DNA of 64,000 bases from Guillardia theta CCMP2712 (lineage: Eukaryota > Protista > Cryptophyta), in contig NW_005434583.1 in NCBI RefSeq assembly GCF_000315625.1, positions 32,032 through 96,031 of the forward strand, read 5' to 3'. The position numbers and the translations under genes were made by a program. Shown one piece after another: positions 29,001 to 41,703 of the stretch. How positions within the stretch are numbered: position 1 is the stretch's first letter; every line of letters starts with the position of its first letter. The notes under the pieces were generated by a model. That model was given only the letters and a program-made list of their open reading frames with translations, searched no databases and was not told where the DNA came from.

Positions 29001-32000
29001 TCATCTCCTCTTCTCTGTGCTGCTTCATGTACGTCCTCCTGATAGTCAGGGACTTCGCCACGAGGTTCGACTTGAGGATGAGCTCCTGCAGGATCGTCGG
29101 GTCCTCCCGCGCCTGCACTGCCGAAGTCTTCTGGAGGGCCTTCAAGCAGTCCAGCAGCTCCTTGGCGTCAGTCAGGCAGCGGCGCACGTGGCCGATCCGA
29201 ACGACGTGCAAGATGTGGTGAATGGTGAGGCTGACAACAAGTTCGGCCGACTCCCTGTCGAGGAAAGGGTTCCACGTCAGCAGCTCCTTGATCGCGTCTG
29301 TGCAGATCAGAAGGGTGACGAGGTGGTCGAGCTCGACGTAGGGCTCCTGCTTGCCCAGCCTCGCCATCTCATGGCGGAGGCCCGCCCAGGCATCATCCGA
29401 GGAGCCGGAGGCCTTCGACTGCGGCACCTGGTTGGCGAGGGAGAGGAGAATCTTGTGTGAGGTCTCGACCTTGACCTTGTCCTGAGCCTGCACTGACTGT
29501 AGGGACTTGATGAGCGATTGGATGCCCGAGATGACTTGTTCGAGCTCCTTGCACGTGGGGTCGTTGACATACTTCTTGATCTCATCGTCGTACAGCATCT
29601 TCATCTTCATAGTGATCCCCTTGTTCGCCTGTCAACCCACAGTCACTCGCAAATACAGTCTGCAAGGAGGAAAGACCTGCTCGGCATAACACTTGGCGTC
29701 GTCTTCCAGCCTGTGCAACATCGAGATCGCAATGTGCGACCTCGCGGCCTCGTGCTTGTTGAGGTTGAAAGAAAGCTTGTCCGACACCGGGGGCATCCCC
29801 TGCTCTTGGCGCGTCTGTGCTGACAGCAACTTGTCCAGTCCCAGGGCGAAGAGAGGGTTTCCACCGAAGACCTTGACGTCTTCGGGGGTCAGCCCAACCT
29901 CAGCGTTGCCAACTTTGATCTTCTTGGTTGGTTTCAACGTCCTCGAGTCGCAAGCATAGTCGGACACTCTTGTTGTGATGAGCTTGCGGGGGAGGGTGGA
30001 GAAGACTGGGATCTCCGTGGTGGACGGCAGGAGGATCTTGTCAAAGAAGGGGAAGCACCAGTCAATCTTATCCCGCTTCTTCTGAAGATAGGGCTGAACT
30101 TCCTTGCAGATGCGAGAGAACGGGTTGTCCATTCCCTTGAACATCATCTTGAAGACGCTGTTCGCCTGCTCCGGCGCAATCTTGGGGCATTCTCCAGCAT
30201 TCATCCCGATGCACAGGCTGGAGTTGCGCATGAAAGCGCGAAGGACGGACATGAGGAGTGAATGCTGCCTCCACTCTTTGTCTGGGAGCATGCGGATCAT
30301 GAGCGAAGCCATGTTGAACGTCTGGTCCTGCCCGAGGATCTTCACGTTGCACGTCCCCGTCATCATCTCGTAGAAGAAGAGGAAGCCGAGGTCGTCCTTC
30401 CCTCCCTTGAGCTTCATCCCATTGCTCAGCCACTTGTTCAGGCAAGCCACTGCTGCCGTCCCGATGGCGTCCGGCGGCCTCTTGTAACTGACGTTCTCAA
30501 ACTTGGACAGGAAGCCGTCCTGGTCTGAGTTGAGGCAGGACTTGTCGGACACGCTGTCAAACTCCTCCTGCAGAGACGGGCGGGTGGGATAGTGCAAGAG
30601 CAGCGAGGTCGAGCAGTCGGTAAGGGCTCGCAGGAACTGCTGCCTGTTGCCCAACTTGTAGTTGAGGGAGACGGTGACGTGATTCTGCAGGAGGTAGAGC
30701 TCCTCCTCCACCGATAGGCGGCAGGCGGCGGACACGTGCTCCAACTTGGAGAGGTAGTGAAGCATCTCCGAGTTGATGTCCCAGGGGGGGGTGATGTCCG
30801 AGTTGGAAGTCACCAGCGAGATCTTGAGGCGGCAGGCATGAGCGTCGGGGAACACGTCGTCCTCCAAGAAGCGAAGCTGCGACAGCAGAAGCTCCTCCTC
30901 GTGCGACAGCTTGGTGTCCGAGACACAGCAGTCAGCAAGCTTGAAGACATCCGTGTGCTGGAGGTTGAGGAAGCGCAGGAGGAGGAGGTTCAACGCTGAC
31001 GCGAAGGTCTGTGTGAAGAGGAACATGGAGGAGATGTGGACGGGGTAGATGTACTGCCTAACGCTCATGCAGCTCAAGCGCAGGTTGTCGTCCCTGTGGT
31101 TAAAGATGAGTTCTGTTGAGATCAGCTTCCCGTTCTGGTAGTTTCGTCTGAATGGCAAGCTGGCAGGAGTTATGATCGACACCTCTCCTTCCATGCTCTC
31201 CAACACGAGGCCGTGCGGGATTCCCCTTACAATCTTGTTGAGATGAACGTTGCGATTATGGCTTATGAAGAGCCCAGCATGGCTGCTGCTGAAGAGACGA
31301 GTCACCCCATCTGGACACACCTTAGAGAAGAAGGAGAGTTGTAGCCTTGGCAGCTCGATCAGGTCGATCGTACAGCCGTTGCTCTCACTTCCTGGTGGGA
31401 TCTTCGACTTGGTCCAGACGAGACAGTGAGAAAGGTTATCCATCTTCGACAGCATCTGTGCAAGTCGGTACATGACACTTCCCTCTGGGGAGTTGCACAA
31501 GTTCAGCAGGGTGTATCCCTCGTTGTCGGAGTACTCGAGCGACTTCTCTTCATTCCATTGCTGCTCGGCAACGATCAACGGGTATTGCGACGACCTCACG
31601 AAATGCTTTAGCGGAAATCTCTCCACGTGAGCCGCGGCATTGTCGCTCCGGCTCGAGTTCCGCACGAGCTTGATCTTGAGCACGTAGGAGCTCTGCATCT
31701 TCTGAGAGATCTCTGGCTTGTAGTAGCCCGTCAACGAGTCATCTTCGTTCTGCCAGAAAGTGTACTCGTCGATGATGGCGTCCGGCAGCAGACCCTTCAG
31801 CAGCAGCGTGGGGACGAAAGTCTGCAAGTCCTTGGGTGAAGTCCCCAGGTTCCTGGTGATGACGAGCGACTCGTGGGCCAGGACAGGCCGACTGATGGCC
31901 GGCCTGCCATCGCTGTTGCTCTCTGCTGAGGAGAACTTGCTGTAAACCCCTCCTGTCTCCAGCGGGTGGAGGGGGGGCATCTCGTGCATCGAGAAGTGCC

Positions 32001-35000
32001 AGTCCGAGGAGAAGACCAGCTGGCGATGGAAGCGACGGCCGTGCTCGACCACGTTGTAGATGTGCACCACCCTCTGTGCACGGAAGATGACGATCTCGAC
32101 GAGCGAAGTCTTAGGGGCCAGCGTGTCGATCCATTCCTCCTTCTCGGACCGATGGGAGGCCCGGAGGTGGAGGGTCCTGCCGGAGTTGGTGAGGATGTAG
32201 AATTCGTTGGGCGCGTCGGAGACCTCCCCGACCTCTCTGATGTCTGTCAACTTCACCGCAAGCTTCGGGTTCTTGCCCGAGTTGTAGTCCTTCTGACTCT
32301 CGTAGTAGGACACCTGACTCCCACTGAGGACGAACCAACGGCTGTTCCACTTGTTCAGCAGAGTCCCACCAAGCTTCTTTAGCTCTCCCTCCCTCAACAC
32401 GGTCGACTTGTCCTCTGTGATGACCTGGAAGCCGCACAGGCGCGCGAACGGGGACTTGGAATCGTACGAGTCTTCCAGGTAGATCTGCTGGACTCCAGGG
32501 AGCAAGTCGTTGTCACGGCGGCACTGGTCCCAGATCTCAGAGATCCAAGACTCCGAGTGATGGAGGGTCTCGGGATACTTGCGCTTGAAGCGGATCTTTG
32601 GTGCTCTCTCGTCAGGTTTCCATAGAATCAGGTCGTGGCGTCGGCCTATCAGCCTGTACCATAGCCTCCTCGTCGTCAGCTTGATCGCCGCACACTGCGC
32701 CATCTGACCCTCGCTGCCGAACATCTGCTCAAACTCGGGGAAGCAGGATATCCTCTCGTCCACTCCCTCCAGCCTGCTGGTGTTGAGGGAGAACGTTCCT
32801 AGTTGGATGTTGACTTCAATCTCTCCCACCTCTCGACCGCGGGTGTACTCCCTCTGCTCCTCGATCTCCTGCTGGTCCGACGGACTCCTCTGGTTCGAGC
32901 AGGGCACGAACCTTCCAATACAGTTGCGCCCGTCCATGCTCCTCCAGAACCGATTCTTGGCGTAGCTCTTGTCGATGCTGGCTGACGACGTCAGGGAAAC
33001 GATCCTTACGATCGCCTCCATCACTTCGTTGCGTCTTGCCGGGTCAGCGTCAAGCCACGACATGATCATCCCCCTCTGCTTCTGGAATATCTCAAACAGC
33101 TCCGATTGCAGGCCGTTCCCAAACATGTCTGCCTGCTCTACCTCGGTCTTCACCCGTTTCTGCGGCCCGAGACTGAACTCCTTGGTCTGAGACCTGAACC
33201 TTGTAGCAAGGAACAACTGACTTGACAGGAAGTTGATGACTACGTCATCGGTCAGCTCGTCCGGGGAGAGGTTCTGCCAAATAAAGACGCAGTGCGCGTA
33301 CAGGTAAGCCACTTTGCCCATCTCATTCTTCTTGATCGCAAAGGAGATCCAGCGATCAAGGATCGATCGAGCCTGCTGATTCACAATCTCTCTGATCTTC
33401 TTCCTTTCCACTTCGATCTTCTGCAGGGTCTCCTTGTCCGCTCCGAGGCCGTCGACACTGCACTTCCACCCGGGACCGATGCACGAGTCTCTCTTCTCCT
33501 CGTTATAACGGACAAGGAAAATCATGAAGCCCTCGATGCGAACGAGGAGGCGCAGGACGTAGAGGATGATGGCGGCTGACTGGTTGGTCCACCGGCCTGT
33601 GTCGAGCTCAAGGGCGAACTTCAAGACATTCTGCAAGGCACTGAGAATGCCCTGGGGGGCCTTGATGAGCTCGTTGAACAGCAGCCCGCAGTTGGTAGCC
33701 AAGTGGGAGCGGTCAGGGGCCGGGACGACATCGGGGACCACATGAACCTCTCTTGGCTGCCACAAACTTGGCTCGAACATGACCGAGTCGAGAACCTCCT
33801 GCATCTGAGCATTGGCGAGGACCCTGATGTTCTCGGGGGAGGCAAAGAAGTTGATCACGAGGGGGATGCGGATATAAGGGACGGTGAGGAAAGAGAGGAG
33901 GATCTCTGCGTTGGTTGGACTCAACTTTCCACCAAACGTCGGCAAGTCACGAACATGCAGGACATCTTCTTCCGACTCGATGCGAGTACCACACAGGGTG
34001 GTTGGATCGGCTCCCCCTCGGATGCTGCTCCTGGGTCGACTGCTGCGAAACAGCTGGATCAAGAAGTTTTCTTTCTTGGTCCCCTGCATCCCCTCCGGCA
34101 ACGAAAGCTTCATGTCCATACCGAAGATCTTTGCGCTGAACCTGTCGTCGACGACCCTCCATGAGATCTTCGCGTCTGCTGCCGTCCACTGCTTCACGTC
34201 AGGGAGACCCGACGGGGCGTTGAGAGTCATGAACTTGAACAGCGCGACGATGTCGCGGTAGAATGCTAATTCAGGATAGAAGTCCACAATGTCACACCTC
34301 TGGCCAGTGACGTAAAGGTACAAATCATCATTTACAAAGCCCATCTCCCAGCACATCTGCTTCATGAGCTGAGCACTCCCGCAGGGATGTTGATTTTGAC
34401 TCGCATCGGTGTCATAATACTCCATTGGGAACAGGACATGATCGTCCGGCACCTGCGATCTTACACCGGTAAGATACTCGAGGATGCTTGAACGACACGT
34501 GCAGAACTCTGGAGCGAACAACAACATGTCCTCTGTCACGACGACGTAGGCGCTGGCATCGATCCCAAAAGGGAATTGGTCGAAGGCAGCAGTAAGTGGA
34601 GCTTTGGCGTCGAAATGCAGGCTCAGCATGGAGGGAAAGTCAACAGCCCTCTTCCTCAGCACGGCGTCGGAGATGGCCATCATGCTTCCGAAAGTCAGGA
34701 GTCGAGCAGCTTCCAACGTCCTTGTGTGCGGCAGAGACATGATCGAAGCTGCGTAGAACCTGCTGATGTTGTGCACGAGGCGGAGGACATCAACTTGCGT
34801 CTCATATCTCATCGGCTTCTGCCAGATGCACTTGGAGCCATCGGGATGCTGAGAAGTTAGAGGGATGGGGAGGACGCGCAAGAAGACATGGTGGACAGCA
34901 ACAGCGAGGTGGAGGTTCATACTCCGAATCTGCTTCCCCTGATTTGAGAGGAGAAGGCAAATGTGCTCCAACTCTCTCAGTGCCTTAATAACATCCTGCA

Positions 35001-36543
35001 GTTCGACAACTTCATCCGGGATTCGTGTAAACTGGATAGGACGAAAGATTTGCTGCTCCGAGTCCAAGGGCCCTGCCAGCGCCTCAATGTCTTCGTCTCG
35101 GATGAACCCATCGAAGAAGTTGAAAGGTCGGTACTCTGCTTGGACTCCATTCTCTCCTGTGAGGTCAAGAACAGCTGGGAATTCCGAGTTAGAGGAGTCT
35201 AGCTCTTCAAGTCTGTTCTCGATTGAGTTGCAAACGCCCAGAATGGCCACGACATGTTCTCGCTGCAGGATGTTCTTCGGCAACGAAGTAACCTTCTGAC
35301 AAAAGGAAGCCAGCTCCTTGCAAGCATAGCGACACACCCTGGCATGCGACGAGTCCAGACTCTTCGCACTCTCCAGCTCTTGTCCAAGGTGCCTGCAAGA
35401 GTGCCACCTGACGAAGAGCTCCCAAGTCATCTGCTGCTCGTAGCTCAAGCCTTGACGAGCCAGCACAAACTTACAAGCTTCAAGTATACAATGAATGAAC
35501 GACGGGTCCCCACCCTGAGGTGGGACTGTCCAACCCGTGTTAAGAATATCGTCCTTGTCATTCAGAGCCTGGGTCGCCAACAGCGGCCGCAAGTTGAGAT
35601 GAGGTAGGAAAGTTTCGTAGAGGAGCTTCGCCTTGTTCTCTTCGTTGGGCCACACCAACATCCGGCTCAGCATAAACCAGAAAGACGAATCTGTCAACTT
35701 GTTCTCTGGAATTTCTTGGAACACCATGGTCATCTTATACTGCATGTTTGCTGATTCGGTTACGTTTGCACGGATAGGATGATAGCTGAGCCCGTCTGGT
35801 CCAGTATTACAGATAGCTACGTTGAGAACGTCAGACGAGATCCGCTCGATGACGATCAGAACTGCATAATCTTCTTTGCCATCAGCCCATCCGGCAGGAA
35901 TAAAAGTGAAGGCTTTAGAAGGCAGAGCCTTGATTCTGGTCACAATCCCGTTTATGTATTCGAGCGCAGACTGCTCATTCTTGGATCCTGTTGGCACATT
36001 GCTGCTGAGATCAGCAAAGTCCTTAACAATCGACATCAAGGAATCAATCTTCGACGTCACCCCCAGTTGATCGAGTGAGTCTCGCCACTCAGTCGTCACG
36101 TCAGGGAGCGAAGTCATCAAAAGACTCGCAGCATCCTTCGCGAATGTTTTCTGTATCCCATGCTTCTTGTGAGGAAAACAGCCATCAAGAAACAAGTCCA
36201 GAAAAGCCGTATTTTCCCAGACTGGCATGTTGGTGCTAGATTTGAAGAATGAGTTGGTGATCGCGGACAATTTGCCTGCCTTTGATTCCTTATCTGACGT
36301 TGTCCCTGTCGGTTGAGATGACTTAGATTGTGCGAAATCGGGAATGGAGTTGGCAATCTTTGCACCAGCTGCCTGCTTGGCTTGCTCGATGATATGTGCG
36401 GCAAGCGCATTGGTCACGGTGGTTGGCTCTTCGGGTCGTTCCCACTGAGACTTCCCAGTCTCAGCATTGAAGTAGAAGGTAAGTTTGGTCTCGGGGTCTT
36501 GGTGCGAGGACCATCCCTTTGGCAGAGGCTGTTTGTCCGACAT
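22674..36543 (-). CDS. giant (~4,470 aa) multidomain protein: WW - thiol-enzyme-like region - PH - DUF3638/DUF3645 SF2/SecA-like ATPase - EF-hands - Vps62/DUF946-like - PH - WW - WW
   Basis: Exons 36543-29677, 29628-26464, 26233-24831 and 24642-22674 join in frame through GT-AG introns. WW: LPKGWSSHQDPETKLTFYFNAETGKSQWERP. PH: LREGELKKLGG...WNSRWFVL...EKEEWIDTL. DUF3638: QQLIMGAGKTTVVCPLLA. Walker B: LLMDEVD. DUF3645: AVPFVGKDVPSERSEFAHPD. EF-hands: DVDRKGYLSLNE, DYDRDGLLSCSE, DKSGDGRIRFAD. Vps62-like: YVWKAVPPTKDFVAMGMVC. Two C-terminal WW domains. Confidence 0.9.
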
Positions 36544-37369
36544 GCCGCGTTCAGCAGAGCTCTTTCCCCTTGATGTACTCCAGAGGTGCCCTCCCTCACC
36601 CTGAATGCACGGTGAAGAACATTCAACAATAGACACAAGAAACCACACCTTCAGAGGTTTTCAGACAGCAGAGACATGCAGGAACACTAAAACACAACAA
36701 TGTCAGCCTGGTTGATAGCGCTCAAGTGGAAACAGAGAAAATCCAAGTTTAGCTTCAAGATACAATCTGGGAGGCGCTGGATAATCGCGAGAGATGTGCC
36801 AGGGAGAGCAGGGCGATGAGAGATCATGGTATGTAATCAAGAGTAGACATATGAGCAGGGGTAACACGCATGCAGGTGAACAGTATCGTCAAGGCATCCG
36901 TTCGACCCAGAAACTCTGGTGACATCAGCACACGGAAAGGTACTTCGAACCCACATCATGCAGGTCACAAGAAGACAGGAATGAGCGAGGAACAGCATAT
37001 ACAATGTTATGCAAAATAGAGAGTATTGAGCTGATCCAACCAGCTCGCATGAGGTATGAAGAATATCGAACACAGAAACCCACGCTTTTCTCGGGGATTA
37101 CGGCGAGGGCAGGAGAAAGGAGGAAGAGAGCAGATCAGATTCTTGATCGGAAGGGAGAGGACAGGGAGGAGGGTCAGGAGAGAGCAGGAGAGAACATGGA
37201 GGGTCGACATGCAGCTCCGTTGCACACGTTTGCATGCTGCTCTTGCCTTTTCTAGCCCTGGGGGCGCATGGCGCGTCAGACTCCGTTACAGCTCTCAAAA
37301 AAATGTAACGTCTTGCAACCAGGCTCCGACTTTTCAAGTAGTGACTACTGCTGCTGAAGGACACTCAGC

Positions 37370-38080
37370 AGTGAACCGTTCGGAGTTCGTGACTCAGTGA
37401 GAGTCGGAGGCCCGAGCCCGGCCACTGTGAGGCCCGGCCGCGCCCGGGTAAGGGGCATCGTAATGCACTGTATGCACTGCACGCCCCGCCAAAGGCGCTG
37501 GATGGCGAGTCCGACGGTCTCTCGGTTCGAGTCGTCGCGGCTCAAGGCCTCGGGCCTGTACGGTCCTTTGCTGCCATCACCGGGGGCCGGTAGTATGCGC
37601 CGTCTCATTCCGAACTGAGTTCCTCGGCGGCCGGGGCACAGCGATACCGCTGGCATGGCTCGTGGGGGGAATGACGGTCCTGCACAGTTGACTACGGTTA
37701 AGTGAAGGTATCAGCGCCGTTTCAAAGTTTGGCCTGTGCGTCGGAGAGTGTCAGGGTCAAGCCTCCTCGACTAAACTTGACTTTGAGTAAAGGTAAGCCT
37801 TGAGGCTGGCTGAGTGGCAGTAATGTTTACTCGGATCACCCCGATCCCGGGCCACTGATTTCCCCCCTGCAGTGAGTCGGAGTCCCGGACGGCGGTCGCC
37901 GGGCCAACTTCCCGCCCCCGCGGCGAGCCCGTCACCCGAGCCGCCTTGAGGGTTTGAGTCACTTGAAACGGAGGAGCCTGCCGCGTGCGTGACTGCGCCG
38001 GGCATCGGATCGTTGAAGTTGAGTGACACCGCCGAGCGTACCTTGGACCCGGAGGCCGCCGGCGGCGGGCCGGTCTGACC
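37370..38080. promoter_or_regulatory. GC-rich motif island in divergent intergenic region (putative bidirectional promoter)
   Basis: Dense CCGG/GGCC/GAGTC/CAGT words with no credible ORF, between the 5' ends of the giant gene and the rubredoxin gene. Similar islands precede other genes. Function is inferred. Confidence 0.4.
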
Positions 38081-38840
38081 GTGACAAAAACCCGAAAGTT
38101 TTCCTTTGGTACAAATCATCGTACAGGTTTTCCTACTCAAAACTGTACTGCCAGCAATCAATAGTAGTTTGTTATAGAAATAATAATATTATTTAATTCA
38201 ATCATGGTACTGATCAAATGCCCAAAACAAGATTTGTATTGAATTATTTGGATAATGTCATTATTAAATTTCTACCAAGCTTCTCCTTAAGCTGTAAATC
38301 TATTTTATAGTCGTGCCGGCCGCCGTTCGTGCGGTGGGATGGGAGAGGAAGGAGGATGGCAAGGAGCTGCTGAAGGGGCCAGGACCTGAGCACGAAGATC
38401 ACCGGAAGCACGATGATCAGTAGGCGGGGAAGACCGGCAGGATTTTGAGGTTATGGGGCTGGGAAATTAGCAGAGCAAGAGGAGCGGATGTGACTTGTGG
38501 AGGCGATACGGAACGATGAAGTCAGGTAGATTTCGCTAAGGAAAGCTTGGATTGAAGCTCTGAACAAGTGAAGAGAGCAACTTTAGAAGATTTGATGCCC
38601 TGTTGAGTGCATCTTAATACTCAGACTGTAAGATTTGGTGACTCAGATGGAGTCACGTTTGAGGAGTAGTGTGTGACGCGCAAAGACTGTCCGAGAGACT
38701 CAGGGGAAGATTTCAGTGCAACAGATTATGATTGTCTCATCTCACCTTTCACATCATTTGCTGATTCTTTCTCTTCTTCTCTTTTCATTGTTGCATTTTG
38801 CTGTGCACTTACGAGACATTTAGGCAGGTTCATTCCAATC

Positions 38841-40289
38841 ATGCACGGAAGTTCTGCTCTCCGAGCGTTGGCCATCTTTCTCGCACTCTCCGATGCCCTG
38901 TGCTTCACTCCTTCACTCTTCTTGAAGCACGGTCAACGTCACCTGCAGCTGGCAAGAGTGTCCGCGAAGATTCAGAACAGGCGGCATGCTCAATTGAGAA
39001 TGGAGGCCGAAGGCCCGGGTCTCGAAGGAAAGTCGGTAAGTCCAGAGCTCTAGCAGCCGTCTCTTGCTCATTCTCGCGGCAGGTCGTCATCGTTGCAAGA
39101 GACGTCGCCGTTGCACGCGGTCCTCCTCAACGTCAACAGGAGCAGCAGTGAGTACAGAATAGAACGTTGTCAGGTCTTCTCAAAGGGTTGAACAGGTACT
39201 ACGAGGAGCAGCCAACGCCCATGGGAGAGATGCAGATGTCCAAGTCTGGTGTCAACACGGTAACCTGCTTGCTTGACACGCAATGTGGCGACTGAGGCTT
39301 GCGGGCAGATGGTTCTTGTCTCCGGCGCTGTGGCTGCCGCTGCCGGCGGATACTTCGGCGTGAAGGCTTACAAGGCCCGTCAGCAGAGGCTCGTGGAGGA
39401 GTTTGGCTACTCCATGATGATGTACTGGGGAGATGCCAAGACCTCGCAGGAGACTGTCAAGGAGTACTTTGGCAAGGTTGGCCCGGTGATCAACATGTTC
39501 CACAAAGCCGACATGTTCCGTGAGTACAGCAAGCGCCTGGCTCAGGACAAGGCCCTCAGCATCACCTCCCTCAATGACTTCACTGCTGTCACCAAGATGA
39601 TGGGCGTCTCCTCTGGTATGGCTTCAAAGCAGATCGCCAAGGCAGCGGAGGAGCTCGTTCCCTACCCCAACCCTACGGAGACCTGGGAGCGCAATGCCAA
39701 CAAACCCTCTGTGCTCGGAAAGCTCCTGTGGCTCACGGAGCGCTGCTTTCCCGACCCCACGACGATCCAGAAGCTGCGCTCAAGGTTCCCCAAGTCTTAC
39801 AACGATGACGTCATCAACGTTCTTCAGAACACTCTGACCGAGCAGGCGTATAAGGACATCCTGAACGCCAATGGCGGGCCTGAGAATGGACTGCAGCCTG
39901 GATACGACGTGCTCGGTCTCTCGAAGGGAGACGCAGAGGCCCTCATTGAGAAGATCTTGGAAGAGAAGAGGCTGGCGGAGGAGGAAGCCGCTCGTATCGC
40001 CGCTGAGAAGGCTGAGGAGGAGCGCGTCTTGAAGATCAGGGAGGCTGCATGGAAGGGACAGCAGGAGAAGCTGAACTTGAAGGATGGCAAGGTAAAGACG
40101 CACGGAGAGGAGCCCAAGAAGGACGAGCCGGTGCAGAGGGCGGAAGGGACCCACGAGTACGAGTGCACTGTGTGCGGCTACACCCTCTTCGTGGCCAAGG
40201 GACGCGAGTTCAAGTTCTTCGGCGATAACTTCAAGTGCCCCCAGTGCGGAGCAGGGAAGCAGTACTTCAAGGACAACGCTGCGGAGTGA
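38841..40289 (+). CDS. plastid-targeted membrane-anchored protein with C-terminal rubredoxin-like domain
   Basis: Bipartite leader MHGSSALRALAIFLALSDALC-FTPSLF (Phe at +1, as in red-lineage complex plastid stromal targeting) followed by a basic transit peptide. TM segment MVLVSGAVAAAAGGYFG. C-terminus HEYECTVCGYTLFVAKGREFKFFGDNFKCPQCGAGKQYF (CxxCGY...F.CPxCG). Confidence 0.85.
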
Positions 40290-40488
40290 GGGTCATGAGG
40301 AGGCGGAGCGGAAGGGGAGACGACCCTGCCGATGGTGCCGGAGGAGCTTCGGTGGCTGCGGGGGACCTGACGGTCGGGTCGAGAGGGTGCGAGAGACTTT
40401 TTGTTAGCAGCTATTTATTTTGAATGAAATTAATCGATCTCGGTGAACCCTCAGGAGCCGGAGCAGCCGCTACCCTCCTCCCTGCCCA

Positions 40489-41703
40489 TCATGTCCTGTA
40501 GTTGATCGGGCAGATCTTGCCCTCAACCACGATCTTGTGTATGTCCTCCTTGGTGAGGAAACCGTCCTTGTCCTGCAACGTCCTTGAGAGGGGAGAACAG
40601 CGGGGAAACGAATCCAAGACCTGGTCGAAGAGCACCAGCATGTCTTCCACCTCCGTCCCGCTGATCTTCATCTTCCCCTTCTCTTGCGCCTCAGCCACGG
40701 CCTGCAGGAGGATCACAGACGAAGTCTCATCCCAACACCATCACCGTCACGATGCTCGTGAGATCGATTCGCCCCTGCCACAAGTCAACGCTCGGAAGCT
40801 CTTCCCTCCCACTCCCCAGTGATAAACCATACGTTCTTCTCCCGATCGAGCATCGCGAAGAGCTTGTTTGCATAATCCTTCTCCCTCTCGTCATCGCTGA
40901 ACAGCTGCGACCAACTTTCAACCCCCTCCCGACCTTCTCCACCTCCCACCTTGCCGCCCTCCGCTGCATGCCTCTGGCTCGACCCTTCCCCGCCAGACGG
41001 ACGTGCATCGTTCTTCTTCGCTTGGCTCTTGGACGTGGGTTGCAAGAAGTTGATGTCATCGATGACCACCGTGTCTGCGTTAGAGTCGAGGTTGGGATCC
41101 TTCTTCCTTGGCCGTCCTACTTTCCCTCCCTTGCCCTTCTTCTTCTTCTTCTTCGCCTCATCAAACTGCTCAGAACAGCATCACTCCTTCCTCCCCGTCC
41201 GCCCAGGAGCAGAAGTCGTTACATCTTCGTCAGATGCTGCATCGTTCGTCGACTGAACTTCCCACTGGCGGCAACCACGAGTCAGAGCTGTTGAGGCTCC
41301 GATGCAACCAACAGCACTCACGTCCTCGTCCTCCGATCGATCCTGGTCTCTAGACCCTAGGAATTGCCAAGGCAACAGAAACATCCATAATTAGACCAAC
41401 TTGGCAATTCACAAAGTGAACCAACTTTTCTTGCTGTTGGATGGCGATGTGCCTGAACGATGGAAGCAGAGGCTGTCAGGGAAAGCGCATTCAAATGAAC
41501 AACTCTCACCCTTCTTGGCAATGCTTTTTCTCTCAATAGTCTTGGTCGCCTTTGAAATAGGATAAATCATCATCCCCCCGTCTCAGCTCGAAAGCTCAGG
41601 CACCTTCTTGGGACCTTCCTCGTGATTGGCGTCTCCTCGCAACGTCGTCACATAGGAGGGTGCTCCCCCCTGCCACCCATCATCACGTCCCCTGCACTCC
41701 ATG
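40489..41703 (-). CDS. EF-hand protein with basic low-complexity N-terminal region, multi-exon (start uncertain)
   Basis: KKKKKKGKGGKVGRPRKK (NLS/AT-hook-like GRP), LFAMLDREKN|GRIDLTSI and VEDMLVLFDQ|DKDGFLTKEDIHKIV (EF-hand pair split by introns). Stop at 40489. Confidence 0.6.

Noticed and set aside
24941-29460. Long plus-strand ORFs (e.g. 27760-29460, 566 aa; 24941-25897) as overlapping genes
   Set aside because: Antisense shadows of the GC3-rich giant CDS, with no recognisable motifs.
37255-37330. tRNA-like start GGGGCGCATGGCGC with hairpin CGTTACA...TGTAACG
   Set aside because: No T-arm GTTCRA motif or acceptor-stem pairing; not a tRNA.
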